Shown: positions 20,196 to 30,345 of the stretch, piece after piece
Layout: each line of letters opens with the position of its first letter
How positions within the stretch are numbered: the first letter of the stretch is position 1
From: Candidatus Hermodarchaeota archaeon
GTDB taxonomy: Archaea; Asgardarchaeota; Hermodarchaeia; Hermodarchaeales; Hermodarchaeaceae
Assembly: GCA_016839365.1 (NCBI GenBank)
Contig: JAEOUH010000033.1
Span: 1 to 57,052 of the forward strand
DNA: 57,052 nucleotides
Direction of reading: 5' to 3'
Notes under the pieces: generated by a model
Seen by the model: the letters and a program-made list of their open reading frames with translations, nothing else
Databases searched by the model: none
What the model was told of the DNA's origin: nothing
Made by a program: the position numbers and the translations under genes

Positions 20196-23051
20196 TTACT
20201 TGGCAGGTAATTTGGGTTTTATGGTCTCTGGTGAACCGCCTGGTTGCTGGGCTCGATGGCGAATGAATAATTTGAAGACCTCGACAACTAAGAATACTGA
20301 TGCAGACAGTAAAACAACCAGTGCCCAGTCCTGGAGCGTTAAGGGGACCGTGCGGAAGACTACTTGTAGAGGCGGGAAATACACAATAAGCAAGTGAAGG
20401 ACAATCGATATTCCAATTGCTACGAGAAGATATCGATTTTTCATGAATCCGACTTGGAAGAGCGAAAGATGCCCTGAACGTGAATTCAGTGCATGGACCA
20501 TTTGGGTCATGACAAGCACTGTTAATGCTAGTGTGCCTGAACGAAGAACCGCTTCATCAGGAGACAGCCCGAGTCCTGAAGGATTTGTAAGATTCAGCAT
20601 TGAAACGGTGTAGATCCAAAGTGTTGCAAAAGCTATCGTTATCCCCACTATCCATATGAGGGTCCAGACCTGTCTGGTGATGACCCCTTCTTCAGGATTG
20701 CGGGGTCCCCGTTTCATTACATCGGGTTCCATTGGGTCCATCCCAAGAGCGAGGGCTGGTAGTCCGTCTGTGACGAGGTTAATAAACAGAATTTGAATAG
20801 CCAACAAGGGAAGAGGCCATTGGAAGAAGACGGAAAGGGTAATGCTTGCAAGAAATATTACAAGAATTTCTCCTGCGTTACAAGAGAGTAGATAGGAGAC
20901 GAATTTGCGAGTATTATCGCCAATTCCACGCCCTTCCTCAATGGCATTGACGATGGATGCATAATTGTCATCCGTTAGAATCATGTCGGAGGCTTCTTTT
21001 GCCACATCTGTACCAGTGACCCCCATGGCGATGCCGATATCTGCATATTTGAGGGCGGGAGCATCGTTGACTCCATCTCCCGTCATGGCGGTGATGTGCC
21101 CTCGGGATTTCAGTGCTTGAACAATCCGCAGCTTATGTTCTGGTGAAACTCGGGCATAAACCCGGACTTGTGGAGCAGCATCAGTAAGGTCTTCATCAGA
21201 AAGGGCATCTAGGGCATTGCCTGTTAAGACAGCATCGTCTTCCTCAAACATCCCGAGTTCATTGGCAATCGCTACCGCAGTATATTGATTATCTCCCGTA
21301 ATCATGACTGATTTAATTCCTGCACCCTTAGCAATTTTTATGGAATCAAAGACTTCTGGCCGGGGTGGATCCATCATTCCCGCCAACCCAACAAAGATTA
21401 GATCAAACTCTACTCCTTCGGGAGAAATGTCGCTGAGGTCTTCGGGGCACACACGGTAAGCCATCGCAAGAACCCGTAAGGCCTTGTTTGCCATTTTATC
21501 ATTATTACTTAGAATCTCTGCTCGTTGCTCTTTGGAGAGTGGCTGAATGCCATTTCCTGTGAAAATATGTGTGCTCTGGTTAAGCACGACCTCTGGTGCT
21601 CCTTTCACATAAGCGATGGTTTCATTTTCTGGGGTGTCGTTCAAGGTTGACATCCGTTTACGTTCTGGATCGAAGGGAAGCTCGGCGATACGAGGATAGT
21701 CGTCATAGAGCTGATCGGAGTATCCTGCTTTTTGTGCCGCGACCACAAGGGCACCCTCCGTTGGATCTCCAATGATTTCCCATCCATCGTTATGCTGGCG
21801 AACAATTGCATTGCTACACAGAGAACCGATTCTAAGCAGCAAAGCGAGTTGTTCATTTTTCAGAGGCTCAATCTTTTCGTTCTCAAAAAAGAATTCACCT
21901 TTGGGTGAATAACCGGCTCCAGTGACAGACACCGAATAGCCTGGTACGAACAGCTCTCGGACAGTCATTTCATCCTTTGTGAGGGTTCCGGTTTTATCTG
22001 AACAAATAATATCAGCAGAGCCTAAAGTTTCCACTGCGGGGAGTCGGCGAATTATAGCGTTCCGTTTCACCATCCGTTGGACCCCCAAGGCTAGCGTAAT
22101 CGTAACAACAGCCGGTAATCCTTCAGGAATCGCGGCTACTGCCAAAGCGACGGCAATCACGAACAAGTCAAGAAAGGTTGAAAAGTCTAGATTCGCCATC
22201 AGCCAAGCTACTACAACTTGGACGGTGAGTACAACCATACAGATGATGAGAATGGCAATGCCCAGTTGTCTCCCCAATCGCCGCATTCGTTTCTGTTGCG
22301 GGGTTTCTTTTTCCCCGACTTCTGAAATGAACCCGGCAATACGGCCAATTTCCGTATTCATGCCGGTATTAGTTACCACCGCTAGCCCCCGACCCGATGT
22401 TATTGCAGTGCTGGCACGGACCATGTTGGCTTGATCGGCTAAGGGTATGTTCCGATCGAAGATTTTGTTGGCCACCTTCTTAGTTGGCATTGATTCACCG
22501 GTGAGCGAAGCTTCATCAGTGTAAATGTTATGTGATTCGATAAGACGTGCATCAGCAGGAAGTCGATCCCCCATCTCCAAACGTAGTATATCGCCTGGGA
22601 CCACTTCTGTAGCGGGTATATTGATCGGTTCCCCATCACGCAGAACATGGGCTTGTGGTGCTGCCATCTTCTGTAGGGCTTCAATGGATTTCTCAGCACG
22701 ATATTCTTGGGTGAAGCCCAAGATAGCGTTGATTACCACAATGATCATGATGACGATGGCGTCTATGGGTGGTTCGTTGTGGCCTGGGATGGTGAGATTC
22801 GCGTATACATTGACAACCAATGAGATGACTGCTGCGAAAATGAGAATAATAACAAGGGTTTCTTTGAATTGTGAGAGAAACATGGATAAGGGGCCAGGCC
22901 CTTTGATCTCTTCAAGGGTGTTGGGACCATATTCAGTCAATCGCTTTTGTGCTTCTTTCTGGCTTAGCCCTTCTTCTGTTACCTCGAGTTGTTTCATGAC
23001 TGTAGCAGCATCTTGGGTGTGAGGAAGAAGCTTTTCTGTCGTCAAGGACAC
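20196..23051 (-). CDS. P-type cation-transporting ATPase, P2A (Ca2+-type)
   Basis: TGES, IPEGLP, phosphorylation site [40 protein letters not shown]. Confidence 0.96.
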   Translation of the reverse strand: MSLTTEKLLPHTQDAATVMKQLEVTEEGLSQKEAQKRLTEYGPNTLEEIKGPGPLSMFLSQFKETLVIILIFAAVISLVVNVYANLTIPGHNEPPIDAIVIMIIVVINAILGFTQEYRAEKSIEALQKMAAPQAHVLRDGEPINIPATEVVPGDILRLEMGDRLPADARLIESHNIYTDEASLTGESMPTKKVANKIFDRNIPLADQANMVRASTAITSGRGLAVVTNTGMNTEIGRIAGFISEVGEKETPQQKRMRRLGRQLGIAILIICMVVLTVQVVVAWLMANLDFSTFLDLFVIAVALAVAAIPEGLPAVVTITLALGVQRMVKRNAIIRRLPAVETLGSADIICSDKTGTLTKDEMTVRELFVPGYSVSVTGAGYSPKGEFFFENEKIEPLKNEQLALLLRIGSLCSNAIVRQHNDGWEIIGDPTEGALVVAAQKAGYSDQLYDDYPRIAELPFDPERKRMSTLNDTPENETIAYVKGAPEVVLNQSTHIFTGNGIQPLSKEQRAEILSNNDKMANKALRVLAMAYRVCPEDLSDISPEGVEFDLIFVGLAGMMDPPRPEVFDSIKIAKGAGIKSVMITGDNQYTAVAIANELGMFEEDDAVLTGNALDALSDEDLTDAAPQVRVYARVSPEHKLRIVQALKSRGHITAMTGDGVNDAPALKYADIGIAMGVTGTDVAKEASDMILTDDNYASIVNAIEEGRGIGDNTRKFVSYLLSCNAGEILVIFLASITLSVFFQWPLPLLAIQILFINLVTDGLPALALGMDPMEPDVMKRGPRNPEEGVITRQVWTLIWIVGITIAFATLWIYTVSMLNLTNPSGLGLSPDEAVLRSGTLALTVLVMTQMVHALNSRSGHLSLFQVGFMKNRYLLVAIGISIVLHLLIVYFPPLQVVFRTVPLTLQDWALVVLLSASVFLVVEVFKLFIRHRAQQPGGSPETIKPKLPAK

Positions 23052-23165
23052 GTCCGTCCATATATCGCAGATCTAACGCAAGCGTTTTTCAATATGGCAT
23101 TCAGCACGTCTCATTTATTTAACGTTGTGCGTCATAAAGTTTTAAGCTTCAGCTCCGGGGTGAAC

Positions 23166-23819
23166 TTATTCACGGGGCTTTTCAGTTTTCACTTCGATTG
23201 GGAAGAGGATTTTGGCAATGGCGTTGCGGTATTTGACGTCAACTTGGGTTAGGAGCGTTTCAACTCGGTAATCGACGGTTATGTTGCCCTCCTTGTTTTG
23301 AACCATGACACCGCCAATCGCATCAATGGCCTGTTTTCCAACAGAAACCTTGGTAGTTTGCCCAGCTTGCTTTGAGATTGCTGTTCCGAGACCGGTGATT
23401 TTTAAAATAATGGGTTGATCCTCCTTGCGGACAAGGACGACTATATCCCCACCACCTATTTGGATTCCTGCGTTGGTGATGAGATTCTTGAGAAAAGTTT
23501 TGTATTGAGCTGACTCCCTTTCTTTCTCAAACTGCTTCCGAGCCTGTTGGAAAGCTTCATTGATCATAGCCGCTTTTGCATTCATGACCCGCATATGGGC
23601 ATCGTTTCGAGCCTTCCCGAGGATCCGGTCACCAGTTCCTTGAGCCATTTGTTTTCGACGGGCAGCCCAACCAGCTAGATTTGATTGAGCGTTCTCCAAG
23701 GCTTCTTCAGTGAGTTGCCGGGCGGCGACTTCAGCGTCCTCAACAATCTTTTTAGCTTGCGCTTTGGCTTCATCAATGATTGCCTTTTCAATTTGATCTG
23801 CAGGAGAAAACGCACTCAT
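23166..23819 (-). CDS. atpE: A/V-type ATP synthase subunit E (peripheral stalk)
   Basis: N-terminal Ala/Glu/Lys coiled coil, C-terminal IGGVMVQN..GNITVDYR...IAKILF typical of subunit E. Confidence 0.85.
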   Translation of the reverse strand: MSAFSPADQIEKAIIDEAKAQAKKIVEDAEVAARQLTEEALENAQSNLAGWAARRKQMAQGTGDRILGKARNDAHMRVMNAKAAMINEAFQQARKQFEKERESAQYKTFLKNLITNAGIQIGGGDIVVLVRKEDQPIILKITGLGTAISKQAGQTTKVSVGKQAIDAIGGVMVQNKEGNITVDYRVETLLTQVDVKYRNAIAKILFPIEVKTEKPRE

Positions 23820-24154
23820 TTTGCTGCACCCCCAAACGAATAGATTGCAGAAACAATAAAGTCGACCGTTTTCTTAATATGCTTCTTTGCTTGCTCTTCA
23901 ATTGCAGCAGCTTCATTGTCCGCCTTGGCGAGTATCGTCTTCGCCTGAGTCTGGGCTTTCTTCTCGATTCCCTGCTGAAGGGCGGTAATTTCTTCGGTGA
24001 GCTGGCTCCGAACATTTGGTTCGGTTTCCCGAATCTTACGCTCAGCGTCTCGTTTGATTTCCTCAGCTTTACTTTGAGCTTTTTCGATTATTTTCGCCGC
24101 TTCAGCTTCAGCTTTTTGTACACCGTTTAAGACCTCGCTCATTCTCAACACCAA
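23816..24154 (-). CDS. A/V-type ATP synthase subunit H/G (peripheral stalk)
   Basis: ~110-aa Ala/Glu/Lys coiled coil (KAEAEAAKIIEKA); its stop overlaps the subunit E start (ATGA). Confidence 0.8.
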   Translation of the reverse strand: MVLRMSEVLNGVQKAEAEAAKIIEKAQSKAEEIKRDAERKIRETEPNVRSQLTEEITALQQGIEKKAQTQAKTILAKADNEAAAIEEQAKKHIKKTVDFIVSAIYSFGGAAK

Positions 24155-24323
24155 AGCATCATTCAGTTTTGTTATTAGTCGCTTTTCAACGATGACCTTT
24201 CTTAATAAGCCTTATCATCAGTTAAAATTCCTAAAACCGGATAATCTTCCGAAACCTTAAGAATGGGATAATTATTATCGAACCCTTGTTGAGCTGTATT
24301 GATAACCGATTTTGGTGAGAACA

Positions 24324-24554
24324 ATGAGTGATGAACCCCCAAGCACAATGGGTAAAGCATTTCGATATACTACAATTGGATGCGAGATTCTTGTTTTTGC
24401 GTTGGTTGGATGGATTGTAGGACCGTACATCTTTGGTCAAAATGGGGATATTATCGGGGCATTGATTGGAGCCCTGATTGGGACATTCATGATGTTTTGT
24501 ACACTATTCTATCTTGCGGGCATGTTCGGGAGAAGAAAAGAAACCAAGGAATAA
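24324..24554 (+). CDS. AtpZ/AtpI ('ATPase gene 1')-like two-TM protein
   Basis: ~76 aa with two TM helices, IG.EI...LVGW.VG..I and GALIGALIG pattern; directly upstream of subunit C. Confidence 0.55.
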   Translation: MSDEPPSTMGKAFRYTTIGCEILVFALVGWIVGPYIFGQNGDIIGALIGALIGTFMMFCTLFYLAGMFGRRKETKE

Positions 24555-24594
24555 GGAGAAGGCTTATCACAAAGAATAGGAGAGAAGAGGGGTA

Positions 24595-25644
24595 ATGTCA
24601 GTTGCGCGATATAGTTTCATCAATGCTAAAATTCGGTCTATGAAGGCAGATATCCTTACATCCGAACAGTGGGATGCACTTATTGGTGCTCGTGATATGT
24701 TCAGTGCTCTGCGGATTCTTGATTCTACTAGTTATGCTCAACTTGTTCAGGATATGGGTGAGGCAACTTCACCTATAGAAATTGAACGGGTCCTACAATC
24801 AGACTTCAACAAGGTGTTAATTGAAATTAAAAATGATATTCCCACTGCAAATCAGACCTTAATGACATGGATTACCAGGAAATTCCAAAAAGAGGTAGTC
24901 AAGAGCCTCCTCCGACTATATACTTCTGGATCAAATCAGGCTACCGCAGAAAGACTTCTCATTCCCCTAGAACCGTTTAGCACTAGTCGCCTAATGACTC
25001 TTCTCGAGGCGAAGGATTTACGGTCAATGGTTTCTGAAATCCCTGATCAATTCTTTCAACATGAAATAGAAAAAACATTACCTAAATATGAAGAAACAGG
25101 AAACCTGTTCATCGTTGAACACACACTAGATTCAATGGTATTTCAGAATCTGTTTCGAGAGGTCCAACAGCTTGAAGAACAAGATCGGGAAATCACTGCA
25201 AGACTTGTTGGCACCGAAATCGATTTGCTGAATCTTATGATTACTCTCCGCTCACATTTTCTCGGCCTTTCTTCAACTGAAACAGCAGAATTCCTGTTAA
25301 GGACTCCTTACCGATTGCCCTTGGATTTATGCCAAAGAGCCCTGCTGTCAAGAAACTTCGAAGAAAGAATTCGGATTCTCCAATCCAGTTATTATAAGGA
25401 TCTCATTTCTCGGAGCTGGGAAGCCTATGAACTAGATCAGGGTCTTGGAGCCTTCGAACACAATGCTCATATACTGATCCGAACGGATAGCGAAGAAGCC
25501 CTAATTGGGTATCCCTTTCACTTTGGCATTGTGCTAGGGTTTCTTAACTTAAAATGGTATGAAACGATTAACCTAAAAGCAGTCATGAACGGGAAAGCTG
25601 ACCAGCTTGACTCAAATATAATACGACGAGCCCTAATCCTTTAG
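24595..25644 (+). CDS. atpC: A/V-type ATP synthase subunit C (d)
   Basis: YSFINAKIRSMK..IL, GTEIDLLNL...LR, C-terminal GFLNLKWYETINLKAV..GK. Confidence 0.9.
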   Translation: MSVARYSFINAKIRSMKADILTSEQWDALIGARDMFSALRILDSTSYAQLVQDMGEATSPIEIERVLQSDFNKVLIEIKNDIPTANQTLMTWITRKFQKEVVKSLLRLYTSGSNQATAERLLIPLEPFSTSRLMTLLEAKDLRSMVSEIPDQFFQHEIEKTLPKYEETGNLFIVEHTLDSMVFQNLFREVQQLEEQDREITARLVGTEIDLLNLMITLRSHFLGLSSTETAEFLLRTPYRLPLDLCQRALLSRNFEERIRILQSSYYKDLISRSWEAYELDQGLGAFEHNAHILIRTDSEEALIGYPFHFGIVLGFLNLKWYETINLKAVMNGKADQLDSNIIRRALIL

Positions 25645-25710
25645 GTTTTTAAAAATTTGAGAGGTCGATTTCAGGAAATACATAGTGGGCGAAACTGAAG
25701 GTGCTCAAAC

Positions 25711-26085
25711 ATGGATAAAAAAGAATTACTTTTTGATGAGAATCTAAGCACTTCTAGTAAAACGCTAGCTGGCCAACTTTATCAATTATTATTAGCCGAT
25801 AATTGGAAGTGTTACTCTGTCCATGATTTTCCCGAACTCATTGGCCACTCCGATGAAGAAATCATCGCCTACGCGAAACAACAGGGTTGGTCGCTTCTGA
25901 CCCTAGACAAACGAATGGCTTACCTATCTGTCAAAGACGATGTCCCTACATATCTTATTCTTCATGAAAAGCGTAGTGACGACGAAGAGGAGATCGAAGA
26001 ATACACCGTGGTCCATCTTGTACCCTTTGCAGCAGTTGAAGCCAGAAAAAGTTACGACGCCCGGCTCTCAGGAACCCGTGAGTAA
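25711..26085 (+). CDS. DUF5615-like PIN-domain protein
   Basis: LLFDENL, SDEEIIAYAKQQGWSLLTLDK acidic PIN-like motifs. Confidence 0.7.
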   Translation: MDKKELLFDENLSTSSKTLAGQLYQLLLADNWKCYSVHDFPELIGHSDEEIIAYAKQQGWSLLTLDKRMAYLSVKDDVPTYLILHEKRSDDEEEIEEYTVVHLVPFAAVEARKSYDARLSGTRE

Positions 26086-26101
26086 CTCTAAGGATTGACG
26101 A

Positions 26102-26458
26102 CTAGATTATCCTTCTTTCATGGACAACCCCAATGAATTTGTCATAATCTCCTTTACTAACTGAGAAAATAAGAGTCTCTGTTCCGTCTTTAGCATCATA
26201 TGTCAGATACAGTGTCGTTGGACCACCACTCCACCGTTCATAGGCCTGCCCTGTTAGGGCCTCAACAGGAAAAGCACACCTTCGTGTTTTCTCTTTCTTG
26301 AATGTCCCCTTAACCTCAAGAAAAACGAACTCCTTCTCTGTGAGAACCAACTCACCTTTGGTCTTTTTCAGTGTACGAAATCCGCTATCATCTCGGATTT
26401 CGTGAGTGGCCTTAATGGAAACAATAACATTAGCTCCAGCAAACAAATCATCAGACAT
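26102..26458 (-). CDS. Hypothetical protein, PH-like domain
   Basis: GELVLTEKEFVF beta pattern plus C-terminal helix; SD-like GAGGT upstream. Confidence 0.6.
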   Translation of the reverse strand: MSDDLFAGANVIVSIKATHEIRDDSGFRTLKKTKGELVLTEKEFVFLEVKGTFKKEKTRRCAFPVEALTGQAYERWSGGPTTLYLTYDAKDGTETLIFSVSKGDYDKFIGVVHERRII

Positions 26459-26548
26459 GGAGGATTACCTCACAAGCACCGCAACTAAGAAAGATAAAAG
26501 CCTTGGGAAGACATCAAACGATCTTGAAACCGTCTTCCCAACGGACTT

Positions 26549-27301
26549 CTAATTCTTTTTCAATGATTTTTGATGGCGAAAGATAACGGCTAATGAGAGA
26601 GAAAGGACAAGCCCTAAACTAATCGCTGCTATTGGAAATCCAGGAACGCCAGGCGGAACTGGCGTCTGGGGGCCATTTGTAGGTGTTGTGGCATCTTCAG
26701 AGTCATCGATTTCGATATTATCAATCGCGCAATTGGCGTTACAGTAAAAGACGAAATAATTGGAGGAGTCATGAGTTGTATCTGTAACATCGATTTGTTG
26801 GGTATCATTCACTAAAATTATAAAGTGCCCATTGGCGCTTCGAGTTATCTTGATATGTAGCCATCCTTCAATATTCTCAGCGGGATCATACGTGGCGAGA
26901 ACTGTGTTTTGGTAATTAGTGGATTCTAACAACCGCATATCGAACCGATTGATACGAAGACAGTAGCAGCTTGTCGAAATGCCATTACTAATTTCCCCCG
27001 CAATAAAACTGACATAGACCGCTGACATGCCCACAATCTCTGTATCAAAGGTCCAGGAACCATACGCCATCGACGAAGCATGACTTATAGCATTAGCACC
27101 ATCGGAACCCCGCAAGGATCCGTCCCCAACCGAGAAGGTTCCTAATTCGATAGTCCAGTCACTAAGTTCACCATCTTCAAAATTGTCCGACCAAACAACC
27201 GCTGCAGTACAGTAATTCTGTTCATTAAGACAAACAGCTGTTAGGAAGAAAGCTGTAATGAGGAGGAGAAAACCAATAGAACTAAATCGTTTGACATTCA
27301 T
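26549..27301 (-). CDS. Secreted beta-sandwich (ConA/LamG-like) surface protein with PGF-type C-terminal sorting signal
   Basis: Signal peptide, WSDNFEDG, WLHIKITR..NG.F...VN, IDNIEI; Pro/Thr linker then VPGF-TM-basic tail. Confidence 0.7.
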   Translation of the reverse strand: MNVKRFSSIGFLLLITAFFLTAVCLNEQNYCTAAVVWSDNFEDGELSDWTIELGTFSVGDGSLRGSDGANAISHASSMAYGSWTFDTEIVGMSAVYVSFIAGEISNGISTSCYCLRINRFDMRLLESTNYQNTVLATYDPAENIEGWLHIKITRSANGHFIILVNDTQQIDVTDTTHDSSNYFVFYCNANCAIDNIEIDDSEDATTPTNGPQTPVPPGVPGFPIAAISLGLVLSLSLAVIFRHQKSLKKN

Positions 27302-27328
27302 TCAGACACATCCGGTAATGTTATGCGA

Positions 27329-27380
27329 GAATGATTCTAATAAGAATGAGAAACATTTTCTCATCAAGTTAGAATTATTC
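27329..27380. promoter_or_regulatory. 52-bp imperfect inverted repeat, probable operator
   Basis: GAATGATTCTAA-taaga-ATGAGAAA-cat-TTTCTCAT-caag-TTAGAATTATTC between divergent genes, just upstream of TATAAAA (27387-27393). Confidence 0.55.
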
Positions 27381-27441
27381 CTGGAGTATAAAATCATAAC
27401 GGTCACTGCAACCCAAGCAACGAACCGCGAAGTGATTAAGC

Positions 27442-28158
27442 ATGGCGAAGGAAAACCCACCCGAACATTATCAAGACATAATCACCTACGAAACCCCTCC
27501 AGTGAAGATCATCCGCGACCGAGATGCCATCGACCTCTTTTACATCCCCAATTACTATATCATGATCATTGCCCTACGGCAGGCACCAATGACTGTGCGC
27601 GACCTCAAGCAGGCCTTCAAAGACTATGCTGATAGATATGGTGGCATCAAACCGATCGGGATCAAATCCATCTATCGCTACCTCAAAGCCCTCGAAGAAG
27701 CCGGTCTCGTCGTCCCAGCCGGGCAACGCGTTGTCCCTGGCAAAATGGTTAACGAAACCCTCTTCGCCCGAACTGGACAGATCTTCCTACTCTTCAATTT
27801 GAAACCCGACTGGTGGCTCACCAACGAAGGCAAGCAAATAGCTTTGCGTATCGGTAAACTAATGGCGTTCTCCTTCAACGCTAAACCCCTTCCACTGAAA
27901 GCCCTTCAAGAATTGTTCATGGAGTACGAAACGAAACGCCAAAGCGTTCTTGAAGAAATCGCTACCAAGGGCGATAGAGAAATACTCGAAATCCTTGCTG
28001 GCTCAACACTTGAAGAACATTTTCGCATCGAAGCCTATGTCGGATCCTTCGTTTCCTTCATCACTCAACCAGCATTACTCGAAAAGCTGAAAAAAATCAT
28101 GAAACCAGAAGAAAGAAAGAAGCCTGCAGCAAATTCTATTGAAGGGCCTCTTGAATAG
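27442..28158 (+). CDS. Winged-helix (ArsR-like) DNA-binding protein with C-terminal helical domain
   Basis: ALRQAPMTVRDL...KSIYRYLKALEEAGLV...ETLFARTG wHTH pattern. Confidence 0.75.
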   Translation: MAKENPPEHYQDIITYETPPVKIIRDRDAIDLFYIPNYYIMIIALRQAPMTVRDLKQAFKDYADRYGGIKPIGIKSIYRYLKALEEAGLVVPAGQRVVPGKMVNETLFARTGQIFLLFNLKPDWWLTNEGKQIALRIGKLMAFSFNAKPLPLKALQELFMEYETKRQSVLEEIATKGDREILEILAGSTLEEHFRIEAYVGSFVSFITQPALLEKLKKIMKPEERKKPAANSIEGPLE

Positions 28159-29185
28159 TTGCAAGGATTTTGTGGTAAATCTTCTCAGCATCCTTTGCCG
28201 ATTCAATACCCTTGACAAGTATATTGCCTTCTCCAACTACGCTCACTTCGACACCCTCCGCGTATTGTATCTGCACACCCATATCACTTTGAGCGATAAT
28301 GGAGAATTTCTCACGAAGCAGTTCACTTGCTCTAGGGATGTCGATAGATACCGGATTAGTAGAATGCACCAGAAAGGTCTCTTCTGTGCACAAGTCCGTG
28401 ATTTCTAGTTTGGAATCTTGCTGAAGTTCTTTAGGAATCGCCTTGATTCCGCAGACAGGGCAATTAGCATGTGACTGTAGTGGGATCGTGTCTAGCTGAA
28501 ACAGATTAATATCAAACATGAGAAGTTGATTCGCAAGCAATGGGGGCTTGCCTAGAATGAGATGAAGCACCTCTTGCACTTGGAGATTCGCGATAACCCC
28601 CAGGATAGTGGGATAGATGCCGACTGTGGCACAAGTTGGCTGATCTTCATCCACACCACCAAACACACACTCAAGACATGCAGTTTCACCAGGAAGAATA
28701 GTCGTTATGTTACCAACGCCAGCTAGGGCTCCTGCAAATACGTAGGGCACTTTCTGACGCACACAAGCTCTGTTAATGGTATATCGGGGCTTGAAACTAT
28801 CTAACCCATCTACAACCACATCCATTCCCTCAACAACTCGGTTAGCTGTAGCTTCTGTCACAGACAACGCTAATGGTTCAACGTTCACATCCGGATTGAT
28901 TTGATGCAAGCGATTGAGCGCCACCTCCACCTTTGGCTTCCCTTCATCCTCAGCTGTGTATAACAACTGTCGTTGCAGATTCGAGAGCTCCACAATATCC
29001 CGATCAACTATCCGTAATGACCCCACACCGAGTGAAGCTAATTGAAGAGCTGAAACTGAACCAAGCCCTCCAACTCCCACCACCGCCACCTTCGCTTCGC
29101 GAATCCGAAACAAACCAGCCTCCCCAATATCAGCTAGGACACGAAATCGACTATACCGATCTTCATCCATCTTAGATCTCACCAC
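28136..29185 (-). CDS. ThiF/MoeB/UbaA family E1-like adenylyltransferase
   Basis: RYSR, GVGGLGS, DRDIVELSNLQRQ, CLEC, TCATVG (catalytic Cys), CPVCG. Confidence 0.93.
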   Translation of the reverse strand: MVRSKMDEDRYSRFRVLADIGEAGLFRIREAKVAVVGVGGLGSVSALQLASLGVGSLRIVDRDIVELSNLQRQLLYTAEDEGKPKVEVALNRLHQINPDVNVEPLALSVTEATANRVVEGMDVVVDGLDSFKPRYTINRACVRQKVPYVFAGALAGVGNITTILPGETACLECVFGGVDEDQPTCATVGIYPTILGVIANLQVQEVLHLILGKPPLLANQLLMFDINLFQLDTIPLQSHANCPVCGIKAIPKELQQDSKLEITDLCTEETFLVHSTNPVSIDIPRASELLREKFSIIAQSDMGVQIQYAEGVEVSVVGEGNILVKGIESAKDAEKIYHKILATIQEALQ

Positions 29186-29476
29186 TAACCTGAATATCTA
29201 CTAGTAAAAAGCAATTCTTGACCTTTTCCCAAATCTCAATAATGGTTAAACTCAAGCTTTAAGGAAAAGTTCAGACATCCTTGATAATTAATCCCCACTA
29301 TCCAGAAGACACTCATCATGGGTTAAAATGATACCTTAGTCATTCATTCAATAGAGGTTATGTTCTAAAATCGAACCGAATGGAGCGGATTCATTCGAGA
29401 AAAGTGCACCTTGAGCGTAAATCCGAACTGACAAGCTTCCATGCAAATATAGGAAGCCAAAACAAGTTTAGAAAAT

Positions 29477-30232
29477 ATGACTCTCTCGAAACGATCCAAG
29501 ATTTTTATCGGTATTGGAGTCATCGCAGTGATTGCGGTAGTTATTCCTCTTTCTGCGTTCACATTAGTGAACCAAAACTCAATACAATTCCAATTACTCG
29601 ACGTTGCAGGAGTAAAGATTGAAGCGTATGGATTGCGTATTTATGTGGATCCCTATAACCTTCCAGAGATTTTTGGAACATTACCCGCTGATATAATTTT
29701 GATTACTCATCCTCATTTTGATCACTATCAAATAACGTCTATGGACTTGTTGCAAAAAGAAGGAACCGTGAATGTATTCCCCGAATACATGTCGGATGCA
29801 ATTGCTCTATATGATGGTGTAGGTGTCAATCCTGGTGATGAACTCGAATTCGAATCTATCCATATCACTGCATTTTTTGCCTACTACCCCTCTGATGGAC
29901 CATTCCTTACAACACACGCTAAAGAGTATAATTGGACAAGCTACATAATCAATGTTGACGGATTTACCTTCTTTCATTCTGGAGACACCCAGAATATAGA
30001 CGAATATTCCCAGTTAACTGGCACAATTGACGTGGCGCTATTATGTATAGATTGTACAGATGGAAGTGACACCGTTGACGCTCTAAATGTTATTCAACCA
30101 CGTTACTTTGTCCCAATCCATTTCACAGGACTTAGTAAACAAAACTTCATTACCTACTATGCGACATCAATCACGAACTGTATAATAGTTAATCTCGAAT
30201 ATTACCAATCATATGCCTTCCCCCGATTTTAA
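29477..30232 (+). CDS. Membrane-anchored MBL-fold metallo-hydrolase
   Basis: N-terminal TM, IYVDPY, ITHPHFDH, FHSGDT, VPIHF. Confidence 0.88.
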   Translation: MTLSKRSKIFIGIGVIAVIAVVIPLSAFTLVNQNSIQFQLLDVAGVKIEAYGLRIYVDPYNLPEIFGTLPADIILITHPHFDHYQITSMDLLQKEGTVNVFPEYMSDAIALYDGVGVNPGDELEFESIHITAFFAYYPSDGPFLTTHAKEYNWTSYIINVDGFTFFHSGDTQNIDEYSQLTGTIDVALLCIDCTDGSDTVDALNVIQPRYFVPIHFTGLSKQNFITYYATSITNCIIVNLEYYQSYAFPRF

Positions 30233-30345
30233 CGGAGTCTGAGTTAAGGCCTAACTAGTTTTCCTCAGATTCACATGATGAGCATAAACGCCACATACGC
30301 GATGAAAATAGGTAGAACTACCAACTTACGTCCCAATCAAATATC

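Noticed and set aside
25711-26085. PIN protein as a toxin-antitoxin or defence module
   Set aside because: No adjacent antitoxin-like ORF; it follows atpC as a solo gene.
28136-29185. E1-like enzyme as part of a ubiquitin system
   Set aside because: No ubiquitin/SAMP, E2 or E3 neighbours; the architecture fits ordinary MoeB/ThiF cofactor biosynthesis.
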